Notes: generated by a model from the letters alone, not told the origin. 40,799 nt of DNA from a virus (IMGVR_UViG_2698536687_000008:1-40799); one strand, 5' to 3'; positions 1 to 10,557 are shown, counted from the first letter of the stretch. Translations and numbers: made by a program.

Positions 1-933
1 ATGGACAACGACAAAATTGATCAACACAGCGACGAAATTGAAGTTGAGAGCGAAGAAAAAGAGCGCGGCAAAAAAATAGAAATAGATGAAGACCGACTCC
101 CCTCCCGGGCGATGGCAATTCATGAGCATATCCGCCAGGATGGTGAAAAAGAGCTGGAACGCGACGCAATGGCGCTACTGTGGTCAGCCATTGCGGCGGG
201 TCTGTCGATGGGCGCTTCGTTACTGGCAAAAGGGATATTTCAAGTCGAACTGGAAGGTGTGCCGGGCAGCTTCTTGCTGGAGAATCTCGGTTATACCTTT
301 GGTTTTATTATCGTCATTATGGCCCGCCAGCAATTATTTACCGAAAATACCGTGACTGCGGTACTACCCGTCATGCAAAAACCGACAATGAGCAACGTCG
401 GCTTACTTATACGGTTATGGGGCGTCGTGCTGCTGGGTAATATTCTCGGGACAGGTATTGCGGCGTGGGCATTTGAATATATGCCTATCTTCAATGAAGA
501 AACTCGCGATGCATTTGTCAAAATCGGCATGGATGTGATGAAGAACACCCCCAGCGAGATGTTTGCCAACGCGATCATTTCCGGCTGGCTGATCGCCACT
601 ATGGTTTGGATGTTTCCTGCAGCGGGTGCGGCAAAGATTGTGGTGATTATATTGATGACCTGGCTTATTGCCCTGGGTGACACCACCCATATCGTGGTCG
701 GTTCTGTTGAAATCCTCTATCTGGTGTTTAACGGTACGCTGCACTGGAGCGATTTCATCTGGCCCTTCGCACTACCTACTTTAGCGGGGAACATCTGCGG
801 CGGCACCTTTATCTTCGCGTTAATGAGTCATGCACAGATTCGTAACGACATGAGCAATAAGCGTAAAGCAGAAGCACGCCAAAAAGCAGAACGTGCGGAA
901 AACATTAAGAAAAATTATAAAAACCCGGCATAA
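1..933 (+). CDS. yfdC: Formate/nitrite transporter family inner membrane protein YfdC
   Basis: Complete 310-aa ORF from ATG at position 1; multi-TM protein recognised from memory as E. coli YfdC, the chromosomal gene flanking argW. Confidence 0.88.
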   Translation: MDNDKIDQHSDEIEVESEEKERGKKIEIDEDRLPSRAMAIHEHIRQDGEKELERDAMALLWSAIAAGLSMGASLLAKGIFQVELEGVPGSFLLENLGYTFGFIIVIMARQQLFTENTVTAVLPVMQKPTMSNVGLLIRLWGVVLLGNILGTGIAAWAFEYMPIFNEETRDAFVKIGMDVMKNTPSEMFANAIISGWLIATMVWMFPAAGAAKIVVIILMTWLIALGDTTHIVVGSVEILYLVFNGTLHWSDFIWPFALPTLAGNICGGTFIFALMSHAQIRNDMSNKRKAEARQKAERAENIKKNYKNPA

Positions 934-968
934 ATGGCGAGGGTTTAAGCAATCGAGCGGCAGCGTAC

Positions 969-997
969 TTACCCCGCACTCCATTAGCGGGTATACT
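969..997 (+). promoter_or_regulatory. Putative sigma70 promoter for argW (-35 TTACCC, 17-bp spacer, -10 TATACT)
   Basis: -10 TATACT at 992-997 lies about 11 bp upstream of the mature tRNA 5' end; -35 is weak. Confidence 0.4.
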
Positions 998-1008
998 CAT
1001 GCCGCATT

Positions 1009-1083
1009 GTCCTCTTAGTTAAATGGATATAACGAGCCCCTCCTAAGGGCTAATTGCAGGTTCGATTCCTGCAGGGGACACCA
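1009..1083 (+). tRNA. argW: tRNA-Arg (anticodon CCU)
   Basis: 75-nt cloverleaf GTCCTCTTAGTT...GCAGGGGACACCA with anticodon loop CTCCTAA and encoded CCA end; matches argW from memory. Confidence 0.95.
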
Positions 1084-1244
1084 TTTATCAGTTCGCTCCC
1101 ATCCGTACCAGTCCGCAAAATCCCCTGAATATCAAGCCTTCCGTAGATTAGCAGTTCGTCATGGTTCGCGTCAGATCGTTGACAGCCGCACTCCATGACG
1201 GGTAAAAAGTGGATAAAATAATTTTACCCACCGGATTTTTACCC

Positions 1245-2402
1245 ATGCTCACCGTTAAGCAGATTGAAGCAGCAAAGCCGAAAGAAAAACCATATCGCCT
1301 TCTCGATGGTAATGGCCTGTACCTTTATGTCCCTGTATCCGGGAAAAAGGTATGGCAGCTTCGCTACAAGATTGACGGTAAGGAAAAAATACTGACCGTA
1401 GGAAAATATCCGCTAATGACTTTGCAGGAGGCAAGAGATAAAGCATGGACCGCGAGGAAAGACATCTCGGTTGGCATCGATCCGGTAAAAGCGAAAAAGG
1501 CTTCGTCTAACAACAATTCCTTTAGTGCGATTTACAAGGAATGGTACGAGCACAAGAAGCAAGTCTGGTCAGTAGGCTATGCAAACGAACTTGCCAAAAT
1601 GTTTGACGACGACATTTTACCCATCATCGGCGGCCTTGAAATTCAGGATATTGAGCCGATGCAACTGCTGGAAGTAATCCGCAGATTTGAAGATCGCGGT
1701 GCAATGGAGCGAGCCAACAAAGCCCGCAGAAGATGCGGAGAGGTTTTCCGTTACGCTATTGTCACCGGAAGGGCTAAATATAACCCGGCACCTGACCTTG
1801 CAGACGCCATGAAAGGATACCGCAAGAAGAACTTCCCGTTTCTTCCTGCAGACCAGATCCCGGCATTCAACAAAGCACTGGCAACATTTTCAGGAAGTAT
1901 CGTATCGCTTATTGCGACTAAAGTTTTACGCTACACCGCCCTAAGAACGAAAGAACTTCGTTCCATGCTATGGAAGAACGTCGATTTTGAAAACAGGATT
2001 ATCACCATCGACGCCAGTGTGATGAAGGGTCGAAAAATTCATGTGGTCCCGATGTCAGACCAGGTGGTTGAACTTCTTACTACGCTAAGCTCAATCACCA
2101 AACCAGTATCAGAGTTTGTTTTTGCCGGACGCAACGATAAGAAGAAGCCAATCTGCGAGAACGCGGTGCTACTTGTGATCAAACAAATCGGCTATGAAGG
2201 TCTGGAAAGCGGTCACGGATTCAGGCATGAATTCAGCACGATTATGAACGAGCACGAATGGCCTGCTGACGCTATTGAAGTGCAACTAGCACATGCCAAC
2301 GGCGGATCTGTGCGCGGTATTTACAACCATGCTCAGTATCTAGATAAGCGCAGAGAAATGATGCAATGGTGGTCGGACTGGATTGATGAAAAGGTGGAGT
2401 GA
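1245..2402 (+). CDS. intS: Tyrosine recombinase, P4-type prophage integrase
   Basis: ORF track frame opens at GTG 1209; first ATG at 1245 gives MLTVKQIEAAKPKEK..., 385 aa, recognised as KplE1/CPS-53 IntS; tRNA-adjacent position. Confidence 0.9.
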   Translation: MLTVKQIEAAKPKEKPYRLLDGNGLYLYVPVSGKKVWQLRYKIDGKEKILTVGKYPLMTLQEARDKAWTARKDISVGIDPVKAKKASSNNNSFSAIYKEWYEHKKQVWSVGYANELAKMFDDDILPIIGGLEIQDIEPMQLLEVIRRFEDRGAMERANKARRRCGEVFRYAIVTGRAKYNPAPDLADAMKGYRKKNFPFLPADQIPAFNKALATFSGSIVSLIATKVLRYTALRTKELRSMLWKNVDFENRIITIDASVMKGRKIHVVPMSDQVVELLTTLSSITKPVSEFVFAGRNDKKKPICENAVLLVIKQIGYEGLESGHGFRHEFSTIMNEHEWPADAIEVQLAHANGGSVRGIYNHAQYLDKRREMMQWWSDWIDEKVE

Positions 2403-2554
2403 TCCACCTTAACCACTATCGAAGAGCACAAAGCCTTGCAATCCAGCGCAAAGCTTTGTTTGTCTCAGTTTTGTCTTATCAACCACAGCAAGTATCGATC
2501 GTTTAAGATTTGGATGATAGACTTCATGCCTTTGATTATTAGCTGATAGAATAA

Positions 2555-2917
2555 ATGTTAAAGCTATTTGCAAAGTACACCTCGATTGGTGTGCTGAACA
2601 CACTTATACACTGGGTGGTTTTTGGTGTATGTATCTATGCCGCGCATACCAATCAGGCTCTGGCAAACTTCGCAGGTTTCGTTGTGGCTGTGAGTTTTAG
2701 CTTCTTCGCGAATGCAAGATTCACATTCAAAGCATCGACTACAACGATGCGCTACATGTTATATGTCGGGTTCATGGGAACACTGAGTGCTACTGTTGGA
2801 TGGGCTGCTGATAGATGTTCACTTCCTCCAATTGTCACTCTTGTCACCTTCTCCGCCATCAGCCTGGTGTGCGGTTTCGTCTATTCAAAGTTCATTGTCT
2901 TTAGGGATGCGAAATGA
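2555..2917 (+). CDS. gtrA: Bactoprenol-linked glucose translocase (flippase) GtrA
   Basis: 120-aa four-TM protein of the GtrA family; first gene of a gtrABS operon. Confidence 0.88.
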   Translation: MLKLFAKYTSIGVLNTLIHWVVFGVCIYAAHTNQALANFAGFVVAVSFSFFANARFTFKASTTTMRYMLYVGFMGTLSATVGWAADRCSLPPIVTLVTFSAISLVCGFVYSKFIVFRDAK

Positions 2918-3840
2918 AGATATCTCTTGTAGTTCCTGTCTTCAATGAAGAAGAAGCGATACCAATTTTTTATAAAACGGTACGAGAGTTCGAAGAGTTG
3001 AAGCCATATGAAGTGGAAATTGTTTTCATAAATGACGGAAGCAAAGACTCTACGGAGTCAATTATTAATGCTCTGGCTGTTTCAGATCCCCTAGTTGTTC
3101 CGCTGTCATTTACGCGCAACTTTGGTAAAGAACCAGCATTGTTTGCAGGATTAGACCATGCAACTGGGGATGCTATAATCCCAATTGATGTTGACCTGCA
3201 AGACCCGATTGAGGTTATTCCTCATCTTATTGAAAAGTGGCAGGCAGGTGCTGATATGGTGCTTGCTAAACGATCTGACCGCTCAACGGATGGTAGACTG
3301 AAGAGGAAAACCGCCGAGTGGTTCTATAAGCTGCATAACAAAATCAGCAACCCGCAGATCGAGGAAAATGTTGGAGATTTCAGGCTAATGTCTCGCGAGG
3401 TGGTAGAAAACATTAAGCTCATGCCTGAGCGCAACCTTTTCATGAAGGGTGTTTTGAGTTGGGTTGGTGGTCGCACTGATATCGTTGATTATGCCCGCGC
3501 AGAACGTGTTGCTGGCAGTACCAAGTTCAACGGATGGAAGTTGTGGAATCTTGCTCTTGAGGGAATTACGAGCTTCTCGACTTTTCCGCTACGTATGTGG
3601 ACTTACATCGGCCTTCTCGTCGCTGGCTTAGCATTTACATATGGCGCATGGATGATTCTGGACACTCTGGCGTTTGGAAACCCGGTTAGAGGTTATCCAT
3701 CCCTGCTGGTATCGATACTTTTCTTGGGCGGGATTCAGTTGATCGGTATAGGGGTACTTGGTGAATACATCGGAAGGATTTATATCGAGGTTAAACAGCG
3801 TCCAAGATATATTTTAAAGGGTAAGAATAAAAATGATTAA
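2914..3840 (+). CDS. gtrB: Bactoprenol glucosyltransferase GtrB (GT2 family)
   Basis: 308 aa with N-terminal GT2 domain (VVPVFNEEE...DGSKD...DVDLQDP) and C-terminal TM helices; start overlaps gtrA stop. Confidence 0.9.
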   Translation: MKISLVVPVFNEEEAIPIFYKTVREFEELKPYEVEIVFINDGSKDSTESIINALAVSDPLVVPLSFTRNFGKEPALFAGLDHATGDAIIPIDVDLQDPIEVIPHLIEKWQAGADMVLAKRSDRSTDGRLKRKTAEWFYKLHNKISNPQIEENVGDFRLMSREVVENIKLMPERNLFMKGVLSWVGGRTDIVDYARAERVAGSTKFNGWKLWNLALEGITSFSTFPLRMWTYIGLLVAGLAFTYGAWMILDTLAFGNPVRGYPSLLVSILFLGGIQLIGIGVLGEYIGRIYIEVKQRPRYILKGKNKND

Positions 3841-5287
3841 CAACTCAAAACGTTACTCGTATGTTATTTTTATATTTATATTGCCAATTATCCTAGCAAA
3901 TCAATTTTATGTTGATGATATTGGGCGAACGACTGTTGGTTATACTAAATGGGGTGTGGACGGGAGGCCTGTAGCTGATATAGTAATGTCAGTTCTCAAT
4001 CTTAGCTCCAGAATCGTCGATCTTGCACCTCTACCAATCATTCTTGCTTCTGTGCTGCTTGCAATATCTTTTGCATGTTACAGAAAGAGGTTTCTTGATG
4101 GGGGAAAATGGAGCTTTATTATACCTCTGGCATTCATGGCGAATCCAGCTATTATATCAATGTTCTCTTATCGGTTTGATGTTTTAACTTTCAGTTTCTC
4201 CATTGCATCTGCATTTGCTCTCTTTGCAATTAAGTGCAAAAGACTGGCTCATGAATTAATAATAGGCACCGCATTTGTAGTGATAGTGCTTGGCACTTAT
4301 CAGGCAGTCATTAATGTCGTTGCGATTTTATTAATATGTGAAGTAATAGTTAACATGGCCAGATTTACTGACCCGCAGTTAATACTTAAAAGGGTTGCAT
4401 TACGTATAATGCAGGTTTTAGTAGGTGGTGTGATATACGTGAAATTCATATTACCCATAACTTTTAGCGGGCATTATTCATCTAATCACCCAAGAATATC
4501 AAATGATATATTTGGTGCACTAAAGAATAACAGCTTAAAGTATTACGATTTTGCTTCTACAAATTTTTACAGGGTTATCGGTGGTGAATTATTACTCCTG
4601 TCAGCTTTAGCTTGCATTATTATGACGGCGTTTCTGAGTTACAAATACGTTAAATGTAAAGGCCTAAACTGGAAAGTATTTAACGTTATAACTGGAGCGA
4701 TACTCGCAACAGCAATCGCTATGCCAATGACTATGGGGGCATTGCTGGTTCTCGCCAACCCATTGGGAGGAGTTCACTTATACATGTCGGTTGGAGTTTT
4801 TTATGTCCTCATGAGTACATTGCTATATTATTGCTTTAAAGAACATAGATACGTAACATCAATTACATTAATACCCGTATTGTATTCTATGATTTTAATG
4901 TATGCATACGGAAATGCTTTGAAGGCTCAGGAAAGGATAAATAAAGTAGTTCTTTCTGAAATTATGCAATCCATTCGCGACGCTGGTAGTGATAATGTTA
5001 GCATTGTGTTTACCGGCACAGCACCAAGATCCGAAGCTGTAAAAAATGCAGCATTAAACTTTCCTTTGATAAACTATTCAGTCACAGATTACTTCTGGAA
5101 CTGGTATTGGGGAAGTGCGTACATGTCATTTAATGGGATAAAGAATACATACATGCCAGCAAACAAGGCTAAAAATTACATTTCTCATAAATGTGAAGGT
5201 AACCTATCCTTTCAGGGGCAATGGCTAAATTCCTATATCAAGGATAGCGTTTTGATTGTTGATTTTGATAAAAAATCCTGCCAATAA
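3833..5287 (+). CDS. Serotype-specific O-antigen glucosyltransferase (GtrS/GtrC-type polytopic membrane protein)
   Basis: 484-aa multi-TM protein directly after gtrB; strongly AT-rich coding sequence typical of horizontally acquired gtr type-specific genes. Confidence 0.75.
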   Translation: MINNSKRYSYVIFIFILPIILANQFYVDDIGRTTVGYTKWGVDGRPVADIVMSVLNLSSRIVDLAPLPIILASVLLAISFACYRKRFLDGGKWSFIIPLAFMANPAIISMFSYRFDVLTFSFSIASAFALFAIKCKRLAHELIIGTAFVVIVLGTYQAVINVVAILLICEVIVNMARFTDPQLILKRVALRIMQVLVGGVIYVKFILPITFSGHYSSNHPRISNDIFGALKNNSLKYYDFASTNFYRVIGGELLLLSALACIIMTAFLSYKYVKCKGLNWKVFNVITGAILATAIAMPMTMGALLVLANPLGGVHLYMSVGVFYVLMSTLLYYCFKEHRYVTSITLIPVLYSMILMYAYGNALKAQERINKVVLSEIMQSIRDAGSDNVSIVFTGTAPRSEAVKNAALNFPLINYSVTDYFWNWYWGSAYMSFNGIKNTYMPANKAKNYISHKCEGNLSFQGQWLNSYIKDSVLIVDFDKKSCQ

Positions 5288-5301
5288 AGTCTATTGGCAG
5301 G
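5270..5301 (-). terminator. Rho-independent terminator ending the late (tailspike) transcript
   Basis: 10-bp perfect stem CCTGCCAATA/TATTGGCAGG with 5-nt loop, followed on the minus strand by ATTTTTTAT; overlaps gtrS stop codon. Confidence 0.6.
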
Positions 5302-5322
5302 GGTTTCCCGGCCTAAAATCCA

Positions 5323-7482
5323 TCAATAGGTATAAATAGGTTGATCTTCTACAGGCACGCACTTCATTCTGAAGAATGAATAATAACCTGAATTACCTGT
5401 GAAAGTAAGAGTTAATGTGCTACCAGTGAATGTTGCTGTGGGTGCTGGTATTAATGTGGTCCCAGCCTTCGAGCGTCCCTGGTAGCCAGTAACAGTTGTT
5501 GTTGTTCCTACCAACACTGTAAATCTTAAATCCTGCTGTACAGTGGATGCGGTGTTTCTCATCAAAAGCCTAACGCTATACTCACCTCCATCTGCAATAT
5601 TTCCAATCTGGATACTAAAGCTCACTGTACCATTTGCAGTTACAGTAGGAGTTCGCATTGTATACTGGTCTAGCAATCCAACAAATTGAACTGTAAAAAG
5701 CCTCTGCGCTGAAAGTGTAGTCGATAAGCTATCTGTGATAGGGTGTTGGTTTTTTATGACAATATTGTAGGAGCCATATCCTAAATCTTTAGTAAGATTC
5801 TGGAATTTTGTTACCACTCTTGGATTTTCAATTATCACTCGTGATCTTTCAGATGGGAGGTATTCTCCTGAAGTAGTGTCAAAAACATTCCCTGACTGCA
5901 CCGCCAGATCTTTAATGTCGTGATTAAAGTATGTCCCTGTTGAATAAAACTCTGAGGCAACACCATGCACAAAAACACGATGCCCTGTCTCGCTTGCAGG
6001 TACTCCAATCCATTCTGTATACCCACCAAACATATTAACATTGCCGCAATAAAAAAGAGCAAACTCTCTGTTGTACCCTTCTATTGTTACGCCATACAGG
6101 TCTATATCGAAGCTATTGTAAGCATACATAAATGTAGTTACATATGCGATATTCGGTCTATTAGAATCACTTATGCTTCGATGGAACCATTGCTGAGTAC
6201 CATCAGCAAAAAGGAAAGAAGTGTTACCTGTAAAATAACCAGCATCTATGCGTATAGCGGTGCATTGATACACAAGAAATGTTGCGTATTTAGCACCAAA
6301 AGCAAAGCAATCGCGGATAGAGATATCCCATGAACCATTCAACCAGTACCCAACCTTGCAATTATACACCGCGACTTTATTAAGTCTGGAGGCTGGCACG
6401 CGCCAAATTCGAACACCGCATTGTGTATCTGCAAGACCGATAAATACTATGTTTTCCAGGGTAGCCCCGTAATACCCATCACTTTCAGTACGACCGTATA
6501 ACATTTCGTCTGTTGTCGTATACCGCTTAGAGTTATCCTTTAGCCATGGAGCTGTGTCAAACATTATCTTTGAGGTTTCCATAGTTGGCATAGCCACAAT
6601 GCAGGCGCATCCAGCCCGGGAAAAACGAAATCCTGGACTGCCGCCGGTTCCCAAAATTCGCACATTAGGTGCACCATAGATGGTGTCATTGATGTAGAGT
6701 AGCCCCGCTGGAATTACCACATCACCCCCCTGATGGCTATCCATATCCTTATCTAAGTATGGGTTTAAGTAGGATATCGCGGCGTTAAGCATAGGTGCGC
6801 TATCAAAAGTGTTGTCGTTAATTTTAGCACCAAACTCCAGAGGGGATACTGTGCGATTAAGATACGCGGCTACAAACTCTCTCTTCCAGCGTCCGGTTCC
6901 GACATTGCCTGTTGGGTTAATGGTATAGCCTCCGTCATCAGTATCAGTGCTGGTTGAATTCCAGCGGAAATATCCTCCGCCATAACCAGCTCCAAGGTGA
7001 TAAGAATCAACATAGACTCTTCCATTTTCCTTAACTGATGAGTATGCAGTAAATGCTCGTAGATCTGCTATTGATGAGAATGTACCAAATAATGCATAAG
7101 AATCAGGCGCAGACATCTTGGCAAGCCATTCTGCAGAAAACTGATCCGGGTCATACTTCAGCACATTAGGAAAATAGAACTGCTGCACACCGTATGCATC
7201 ATAAACAGCCATCGAATGGCCTTGCACAGTTACGAACTTGGCAATCTGTCCGTTATATACCGGGTAACCAGCCGCATTAATGATGATTGGTTGCGAAACA
7301 GGAACGTGAGAACCGTCTTCGTTCTCCACATAAACCTGAATCTGGTTTTCAGGATTTACCGGGTCAGTGTCAATTTTACCGATATAAATTTTGCCATTGG
7401 CTACGGCTTTAAAAGAATGAGCCATGGTGAAGAGTTGCGAAGGCATGCTGACCACAACATTGGCATTTATTGAATCTGTCAT
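5323..7482 (-). CDS. Tailspike protein (P22 gp9-like head-binding domain plus divergent beta-helix receptor-binding/O-antigen-cleaving domain)
   Basis: Start ATG at 7482 gives [18 protein letters not shown]...; first ~110 aa match the P22/Sf6/HK620 tailspike N-terminus from memory; rest is divergent. Confidence 0.9.
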   Translation of the reverse strand: MTDSINANVVVSMPSQLFTMAHSFKAVANGKIYIGKIDTDPVNPENQIQVYVENEDGSHVPVSQPIIINAAGYPVYNGQIAKFVTVQGHSMAVYDAYGVQQFYFPNVLKYDPDQFSAEWLAKMSAPDSYALFGTFSSIADLRAFTAYSSVKENGRVYVDSYHLGAGYGGGYFRWNSTSTDTDDGGYTINPTGNVGTGRWKREFVAAYLNRTVSPLEFGAKINDNTFDSAPMLNAAISYLNPYLDKDMDSHQGGDVVIPAGLLYINDTIYGAPNVRILGTGGSPGFRFSRAGCACIVAMPTMETSKIMFDTAPWLKDNSKRYTTTDEMLYGRTESDGYYGATLENIVFIGLADTQCGVRIWRVPASRLNKVAVYNCKVGYWLNGSWDISIRDCFAFGAKYATFLVYQCTAIRIDAGYFTGNTSFLFADGTQQWFHRSISDSNRPNIAYVTTFMYAYNSFDIDLYGVTIEGYNREFALFYCGNVNMFGGYTEWIGVPASETGHRVFVHGVASEFYSTGTYFNHDIKDLAVQSGNVFDTTSGEYLPSERSRVIIENPRVVTKFQNLTKDLGYGSYNIVIKNQHPITDSLSTTLSAQRLFTVQFVGLLDQYTMRTPTVTANGTVSFSIQIGNIADGGEYSVRLLMRNTASTVQQDLRFTVLVGTTTTVTGYQGRSKAGTTLIPAPTATFTGSTLTLTFTGNSGYYSFFRMKCVPVEDQPIYTY

Positions 7483-7569
7483 TTTAATTTCTCTATATGT
7501 TAAGCAAGCAATATTCATTGCTAGCATGTTTTTTGTATAATGAGTGCACTTTATTTAAAGGTGGTTAAC

Positions 7570-8078
7570 ATGAACTGGAACGAAGTATTCGTATTAAAAG
7601 ACGATGGACTCCTGTACTGGAGTGACCAATATCTTTCAAGACCCAAAATGTTCAATATCTCTAAAGAAAAGCCTGCAGGACATATATTCAAGGACAAGAA
7701 CAGGAAAACCTCTTATATAATTATTAGGTATCAAGATAAAATATACGCCGCCCATAGGATAATATGGGAAATGTTTTATGGTGAAATCCCTTCCGGAATG
7801 CAAATTGACCATAAAGATGGTAACGGGTTAAATAATTCAATAGACAACCTGCGTCTAGTTAGTCTCGGTGAAAACCTAAAAACAAATCTAAATACACAAA
7901 CAATACATCTGGGTGTGCTGGGGTTTCATGGCATAAGACCCATAAAAAGTGGGTGGCATATATTAGCGACGCAGGGAAGCGCATTAATCTCGGATACTTT
8001 AAGAGTCTCGATGATGCAATTGCTGTAAGGCGTGAGGCTGAAAAGACCTATGGTTATCATGAGAATCATGGTAGGTGA
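7570..8078 (+). pseudogene. HNH-AP2 homing endonuclease, reading frame broken in an A-rich tract
   Basis: Frame A (7570-~7880) carries the HNH motif IDHKDGNGLNNSIDNLRLV; the AP2 domain GVSWHKTHKKWVAYISDAGKRINLGYFKSLDDAIAVRREAEKTYGYHENHGR continues in the -1 frame to a stop at 8076-8078. Confidence 0.6.
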
Positions 8079-8209
8079 TATCTGACATTTCATTGCTCCA
8101 GACGAATGATATGATGCAACCATGATGTGATTGCATACCGAAATGGTACTATTGAGTATTTATCCAGTAGGTTACGATGCCATTCCACCCAACTGGTGAG
8201 GCATCAAGG

Positions 8210-8470
8210 ATGTACAGCAAATACGACGAGGCGAAGTTTCACTTGAGACTTCCGCATGAACTCCACGCGAAAATTAAGCAGCGTGCGAAGATGAATAACA
8301 GGTCGCTGAACTCAGAGATAATTGCAGCGATTGAAGAATCATTGGCTAAACAAAGCTCTGCACCAGTTTACATTGACGATGCAGAGCGTATGGCAGAACA
8401 ACAATCTGATATGGTTAAGAAAATTGTCTTTGATACGCTCAAAGAGATATATAAAAAAGACAGCAGTTAA
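8210..8470 (+). CDS. Mnt-like ribbon-helix-helix repressor (Arc/MetJ superfamily)
   Basis: 86 aa from ATG 8210; KFHLRLPHELHAKIKQRAKMNNRSLNSEII RHH motif and C-terminal DAERMAEQQSDMVKKIVFDTLKEIYKK resembling P22 Mnt. Confidence 0.75.
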   Translation: MYSKYDEAKFHLRLPHELHAKIKQRAKMNNRSLNSEIIAAIEESLAKQSSAPVYIDDAERMAEQQSDMVKKIVFDTLKEIYKKDSS

Positions 8471-8490
8471 CCATCAGTTACGGAGGATTT

Positions 8491-8568
8491 ATGCAAAGAG
8501 ATATGCTGAATATTGCGTTCTACATATTTGGTTTTTGCACGTTCCTGGTGTTTGCGAAGCTATTCTGA
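8491..8568 (+). CDS. Hypothetical 25-aa hydrophobic peptide
   Basis: ATG preceded by RBS ACGGAGG; encodes MQRDMLNIAFYIFGFCTFLVFAKLF; very short, unverified. Confidence 0.25.
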   Translation: MQRDMLNIAFYIFGFCTFLVFAKLF

Positions 8569-10557
8569 CAACGCATCAGACTTGGCACCCTGAGTAATGG
8601 CGTTAATGGCCTTTTGCGCCTGCTGCATGGCTTTCTCAAACGCTGTTGATCCGCGTGGGGTATTTGCCATTCGGAGCATTGCATTTCTGAATGGCTCGCT
8701 CTCATAGGCGCGAGTAAGAAGTCCGTAGCTTACCGCTGCGCCAGTTGTCGCCGGGTTCATTGCCGTCCCATACCCAATAATGAACGGGATGGTTTGCTGC
8801 CCTGTTGGTGTTGTTACTGCTGCTTTTGCAGCCTGTTGCGTGGATTGCAGGTAGTTTTTCAATCCTTTCAGATAAGCAGCATCCTGACCTTTAAATGTGA
8901 TGCCAGTCTGGTTTTGCAGGATGTTAAGCTGTCGAAGGAACTGGTCAGGGGAACCACCTGATTTCTCCATCGCCTTTCCAATGATGCCATTGCGCATTTG
9001 CGCCCTGCCAACACGACCAACTGAGTTATACAGTGTCTTAATTTCAGATTTGTTCTTGCTGAATAGCATGTTATTGACAACTTCCGGCGTCAGATCGCCT
9101 TTCATGAGAACATTCTTCAGCCTGGTATTCTTGAGTTTCGCCGCTTCGTCAGCGTAGACGGCATTGGCCTGCTGATATTTACGGAGAGTATCGTTGCCAA
9201 GATTCTGACCAATGGCACCATTGATATCGTCGGTCATCGCCTTGTAAACGCGCTGAATGGCGGCATCGGAACGGTTTGGTAACACTGGTCGCTCACCCTT
9301 CACGTCCATTCTGAACTGGCTGCGCAGATCGCTTAATTGCTTCAAGTCCAGATTTACCGGACCATCAGGGCCAGCATTGCGAACAAGCTCATCACGATAT
9401 GACTGAAGTTTTGAAATAGTCTCGTTATCAGCGACCTTACCAAGCTTCTGCAGATTAGATATCTCGGTATCAATCTGCTGAATTGCTCGCGCAGGCAGGA
9501 TATTGACTCCCGCCATTGCATTCTGAACCTGCTCAAGACGGTTCCCTGCAGCGCGACGAATTCCTGATGTTTTCGCTTTAAGGCTGTCAATAATAACCGC
9601 TGGATCATACTCACCGAATTTATCAGCAAATCTCTGCACCAACTGGCTTCTCGCTTCCTGTTGCGTTGCTCTCATTCCGCTTGTGCCAGCCAGAGGGATA
9701 TTTTCTGCTGTAGTCTGCGCCATTTTTCCGACGCGGGAAGTGGGTTGTAACAGGTCTGTGGTGTGCAGAGGAACTCCTTCACGCTCTGCAAATCTGATAG
9801 CCTGCTGCGCTTCTGGCGCGATAGCACCACGAACGCCACGATAAGCAGCACCTAATCCACGTCCAGCGGCGTTAATAGCACCGCCAGCAAGTACACCAAC
9901 GCCTAAATCGGTGGCGAGTGCTTCCGCATCATCTTTCGCACTATTTGCAGCAAGTGATCCAACTGCGTTTTCTGCTAGAAGGCGAGTTGCCCCCTGAGCA
10001 ATTCGACCAGCAAGTGTTGGTGCCTGCGCTGCCGCTCTCTCAACGCCAGCAGGAGTGAGGTAAGGCAATGCTTCAGCAAATACCCTTCCCTCTGTCGTTT
10101 GTGGAGTCAGCGCGCCTTGCTGAAGGCCAAAGTCCTGCTCTAATCCCTGCGTTGTTACTCGTGGCGCTGGTTGATATGTACCATCGCCAATGCCGAGTTT
10201 ACCGCCAGCCCAAGCCGCCGCGCTTGTTACAGCATCGGCAACTGATGCAGGTATGTTTGCCACGTTCACGCCAGCCTGCACCAGTCCGCGACCAGTCTCT
10301 TTTACTGCTTCGCCAAGATCAGACATAAATCCACTTTGCTGTGGTTGTTGCTGTGCAACTGGTTGCTGTGTCTCCACTTTCTGCACAGATGGCAATGGAT
10401 AGGCAGCATAGAAAGCTTGCTTAGCCTGCTCTGCATTTTCTCCGGCTTGCGGGGCCACGACTTCATTGAAGTATTGCTCCTGAGCCTGCGCTTTTTGTTC
10501 TGGTGCTAACGCCTGATACTGTGGAGAGGCGATAACATCTTTCCATGCTTTAGCCAT
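8560..10557 (-). CDS. Ejection (injection) protein, P22 gp16-like
   Basis: 665-aa Ala/Gln-rich protein in the gp16 position of P22 gene order (last of the 7-20-16 ejection set). Confidence 0.8.
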   Translation of the reverse strand: MAKAWKDVIASPQYQALAPEQKAQAQEQYFNEVVAPQAGENAEQAKQAFYAAYPLPSVQKVETQQPVAQQQPQQSGFMSDLGEAVKETGRGLVQAGVNVANIPASVADAVTSAAAWAGGKLGIGDGTYQPAPRVTTQGLEQDFGLQQGALTPQTTEGRVFAEALPYLTPAGVERAAAQAPTLAGRIAQGATRLLAENAVGSLAANSAKDDAEALATDLGVGVLAGGAINAAGRGLGAAYRGVRGAIAPEAQQAIRFAEREGVPLHTTDLLQPTSRVGKMAQTTAENIPLAGTSGMRATQQEARSQLVQRFADKFGEYDPAVIIDSLKAKTSGIRRAAGNRLEQVQNAMAGVNILPARAIQQIDTEISNLQKLGKVADNETISKLQSYRDELVRNAGPDGPVNLDLKQLSDLRSQFRMDVKGERPVLPNRSDAAIQRVYKAMTDDINGAIGQNLGNDTLRKYQQANAVYADEAAKLKNTRLKNVLMKGDLTPEVVNNMLFSKNKSEIKTLYNSVGRVGRAQMRNGIIGKAMEKSGGSPDQFLRQLNILQNQTGITFKGQDAAYLKGLKNYLQSTQQAAKAAVTTPTGQQTIPFIIGYGTAMNPATTGAAVSYGLLTRAYESEPFRNAMLRMANTPRGSTAFEKAMQQAQKAINAITQGAKSDALSE

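Noticed and set aside
1209-1244. Upstream GTG start for intS giving a 397-aa protein
   Set aside because: The recognised IntS N-terminus begins at the ATG at 1245 (MLTVKQ...); the extension would overlap the attL arm.
8868-10402. Multiple 60-90 aa ORFs on both strands inside the gp16 ejection gene (8868..9080, 8897..9157, 9354..9629, 10068..10328, 10190..10402)
   Set aside because: Embedded in or antisense to a long, well-supported structural gene; no RBS context; typical spurious ORFs.
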